Source: Tubiluchus corallicola
Taxonomy: Eukaryota; Animalia; Priapulida
NCBI GenBank assembly: GCA_030141605.1
Contig: JAQGDQ010000051.1
Location: 248,001-312,000 of the forward strand
Direction of reading: 5' to 3'
DNA length: 64,000 nt
Below the pieces are notes generated by a model. That model saw only the letters and a program-made list of their open reading frames with translations, searched no databases and had not been told where the DNA came from. A program made the position numbers and the translations under genes. Positions 62,016-64,000 of the stretch are shown here, one piece after another (position 1 is the first letter of the stretch; each line of letters starts with the position of its first letter).

Positions 62016-63060
62016 TTCTGTCCTGTCCTGTCCTGTCCTAAGCTTGTTTCAGCTTAGTCTGTTCTGATCTGTTCTGCAGTCTATGGTTGGTTGTTCGTCC
62101 TTCATAGTCGAAGAGGACCATGACTTCATTCTGACATCGTAGGATGGGTACGGAGGTGGCTTGTAAGCACGACTCCCGCTGAGAACCCCCTCCTGCAGTG
62201 AGGACATGAGAACGGTGTACCTTGATAGGCATTGTGTTCTCTGTTTTTTCGAAGCTGTCTTTTCTCCTGTCTAACTTGGATGCGTCTGGACTCATAGTTG
62301 GTCACTCCCAATAGGGACTGCCAACGACATCTTCCCAGGAGTCGACACCGATGTTGCATTCTTTCAGGCTGGCTTTCAGGGTGTCTTTGTATCTTTTCCG
62401 CTGCCCTCCAACCGACTGTTTCCCTTCTTTCAGCTCGCAGTACATGTGTCTCTTTGGCAGACCATGATCTTCAATACGCCGAACATGGCCAGCCCATTCC
62501 AGCCGTGCTGCCCCAAGCATTGCATGAACACCGATGGACTGCTCTCTCCCGAGGACCCCAGCGTCCGGCACAAAGTCCCGCCAGCCGATCCCGAGGAGTC
62601 ATCTCAGACAATGCAGGCGGAAGGAGTCCAGTTGTCCGGCGTGGCGACCACAGACTGTCCATGACTCGCAGGCATACAGCAGAGATGGAATGACCACAGC
62701 ATGGCAGACCCCGAGTCCAGCCGATAGGCATCCAAATTTAGCCATGATCTCCCAGAGCCCCCCACGAGACACGGTGCCGAAGGCCTCAGTGAGGTCAACG
62801 AAGGCTGTCAGCAGGCCGACATTCCGTTCTCAACATTTTTCTTGCAGCTGCCGCACTGCAAAGACCACATCAACTGTGCTGCGTCCCTGTCTATATCCAC
62901 ACTGACTTTCAGGTAGGAGATCTTTCTCTAAGTGTGCGTTTGAGACGATCTAGCAGAAATCTTGCCAGGATTTTGCCAGCAATCGATAGGTGTGAGATGC
63001 TCCTGTGATTGTCGCACTGCTGTCTGTTTCCTTTCTGCAGTCTACATGGTCTATCAAAGG
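62016..63060 (-). mobile_element. RTE-BovB-like LINE, internally deleted and A-to-G hypermutated, with (CAGGA)n tail
   Basis: LSIAGKILAR, LPESQCG, RQLQEKC, LLYACESW, WAGHVRR, GGQRKRYKDTLK and a C2H2-like CPHC..SHLRTH; GC-rich relative to the host DNA. Confidence 0.92.
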
Positions 63061-63479
63061 CCTGACCTGGTAAGACCTGGTACCTTTTTGCACCAGATAT
63101 TGGCGTAAGTATGGATAACCATACCGATCCCTATTTATAAGCTGGAGAAACTGAAAATGGTGCCAAATAAAAAAAGATTATTTTTGGGTCCTGCACAGAT
63201 AATCCCTAGTACGTTGAATTCCGCGCATATATAATAATTATGACATACTGAGGACTCATGCAAATGTAAATGAGTGACAAGGATTTTTCATTAATAATGT
63301 TGGGGAGTAATTTGCAGGTAACAAATAGCCGAATTTTTCAATTTCCCAGTAAAAACGCCACGCCATGATGATTACGATTTTCAACTCCTAGTAAATTACC
63401 TTCTACAAAAGCATCGCAGCGCTATCCTTTGATGCACATTTTCTGTAGATGCTAGCTGTACAGATCAAGACTCGGATAA

Positions 63480-64000
63480 ATGAGACGTCAAACCAGATTC
63501 ATCATAGGTCTACTAACTGCAGACCAGGCCTCTACAGATCATTCTTTCTTCTTGGAGCATAAACTTTCTAAAAACGTTAGTTTTTCTTGTGACTTTCAAG
63601 GTGGTGACCTTCTGGTGCGACATCAACTTTCTCATCTTTATTGTAATTTTATAATGCTTATAACGTTAGCAAATTATGGAGTGGCTGACCAGATATAATT
63701 TACGTTCATTCGCCACTCCCTTCGCCTATAATTATTCAAATTCGCGCCATATTTATGTAACCTATGATAATTAGATCTTTCTCTTTATTTGTTTTTTATT
63801 TTATTGTTGTGATAATTTCTTAGCACGCGGTAAATAATTTGTTCTAATAATTTTAAAATTCTAATCAATTGCGCGTGATCCTGGGCTGACATCTGTTGCT
63901 GTAAATGTTGCCCCATAGAGTTCCGTTACCGTGCCCTTCTTTACACTTAGTGAAGATGATGATAAGAGTTTAGAGTCAGAAGATTACGGTTACTGTTTTA
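63480..64000 (-). mobile_element. Possible heavily decayed APE endonuclease remnant of an RTE-type element
   Basis: DLIIIGYINMARI resembles LIILGDFNARIG; many stops. Confidence 0.3.

Noticed and set aside
62298-62905. Plus-strand ORFs of 123-131 aa
   Set aside because: Antisense shadows of the GC-rich RTE element.

Overview
AT-rich, intron- and transposon-rich animal (probably invertebrate) genomic DNA; nothing here looks prokaryotic. (1) A minus-strand, 24-coding-exon gene at 39837->3592 (about 1573 aa, reconstructed by hand with GT-AG sites and consistent phases) encodes a RIM-family presynaptic active-zone scaffold: Rab-binding helix, Cys8 zinc finger, long RRxS-rich linker, PDZ, PxxP, C2A, C2B. 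Its C2B resembles the Fife/Clarinet branch more than canonical RIM. (2) A divergently oriented plus-strand gene starts at 53048 (signal-peptide exon, then a Sushi/CCP exon at 60437-60619) and probably continues past the window. The rest is decayed LINEs (CR1, L2/Crack, RTE-BovB-like, R4/Dong-like), hAT- and mariner-type elements, tRNA-derived SINEs, foldbacks, a 38-bp satellite and microsatellites. The most unusual signal is an RTE copy with a dense strand-specific A-to-G tract that looks like an ADAR-hyperedited RNA written back into the genome. Next are a candidate antisense gene nested in the scaffold gene's introns and a dense PKA-site array. All family assignments come from recalled motifs, not database searches.
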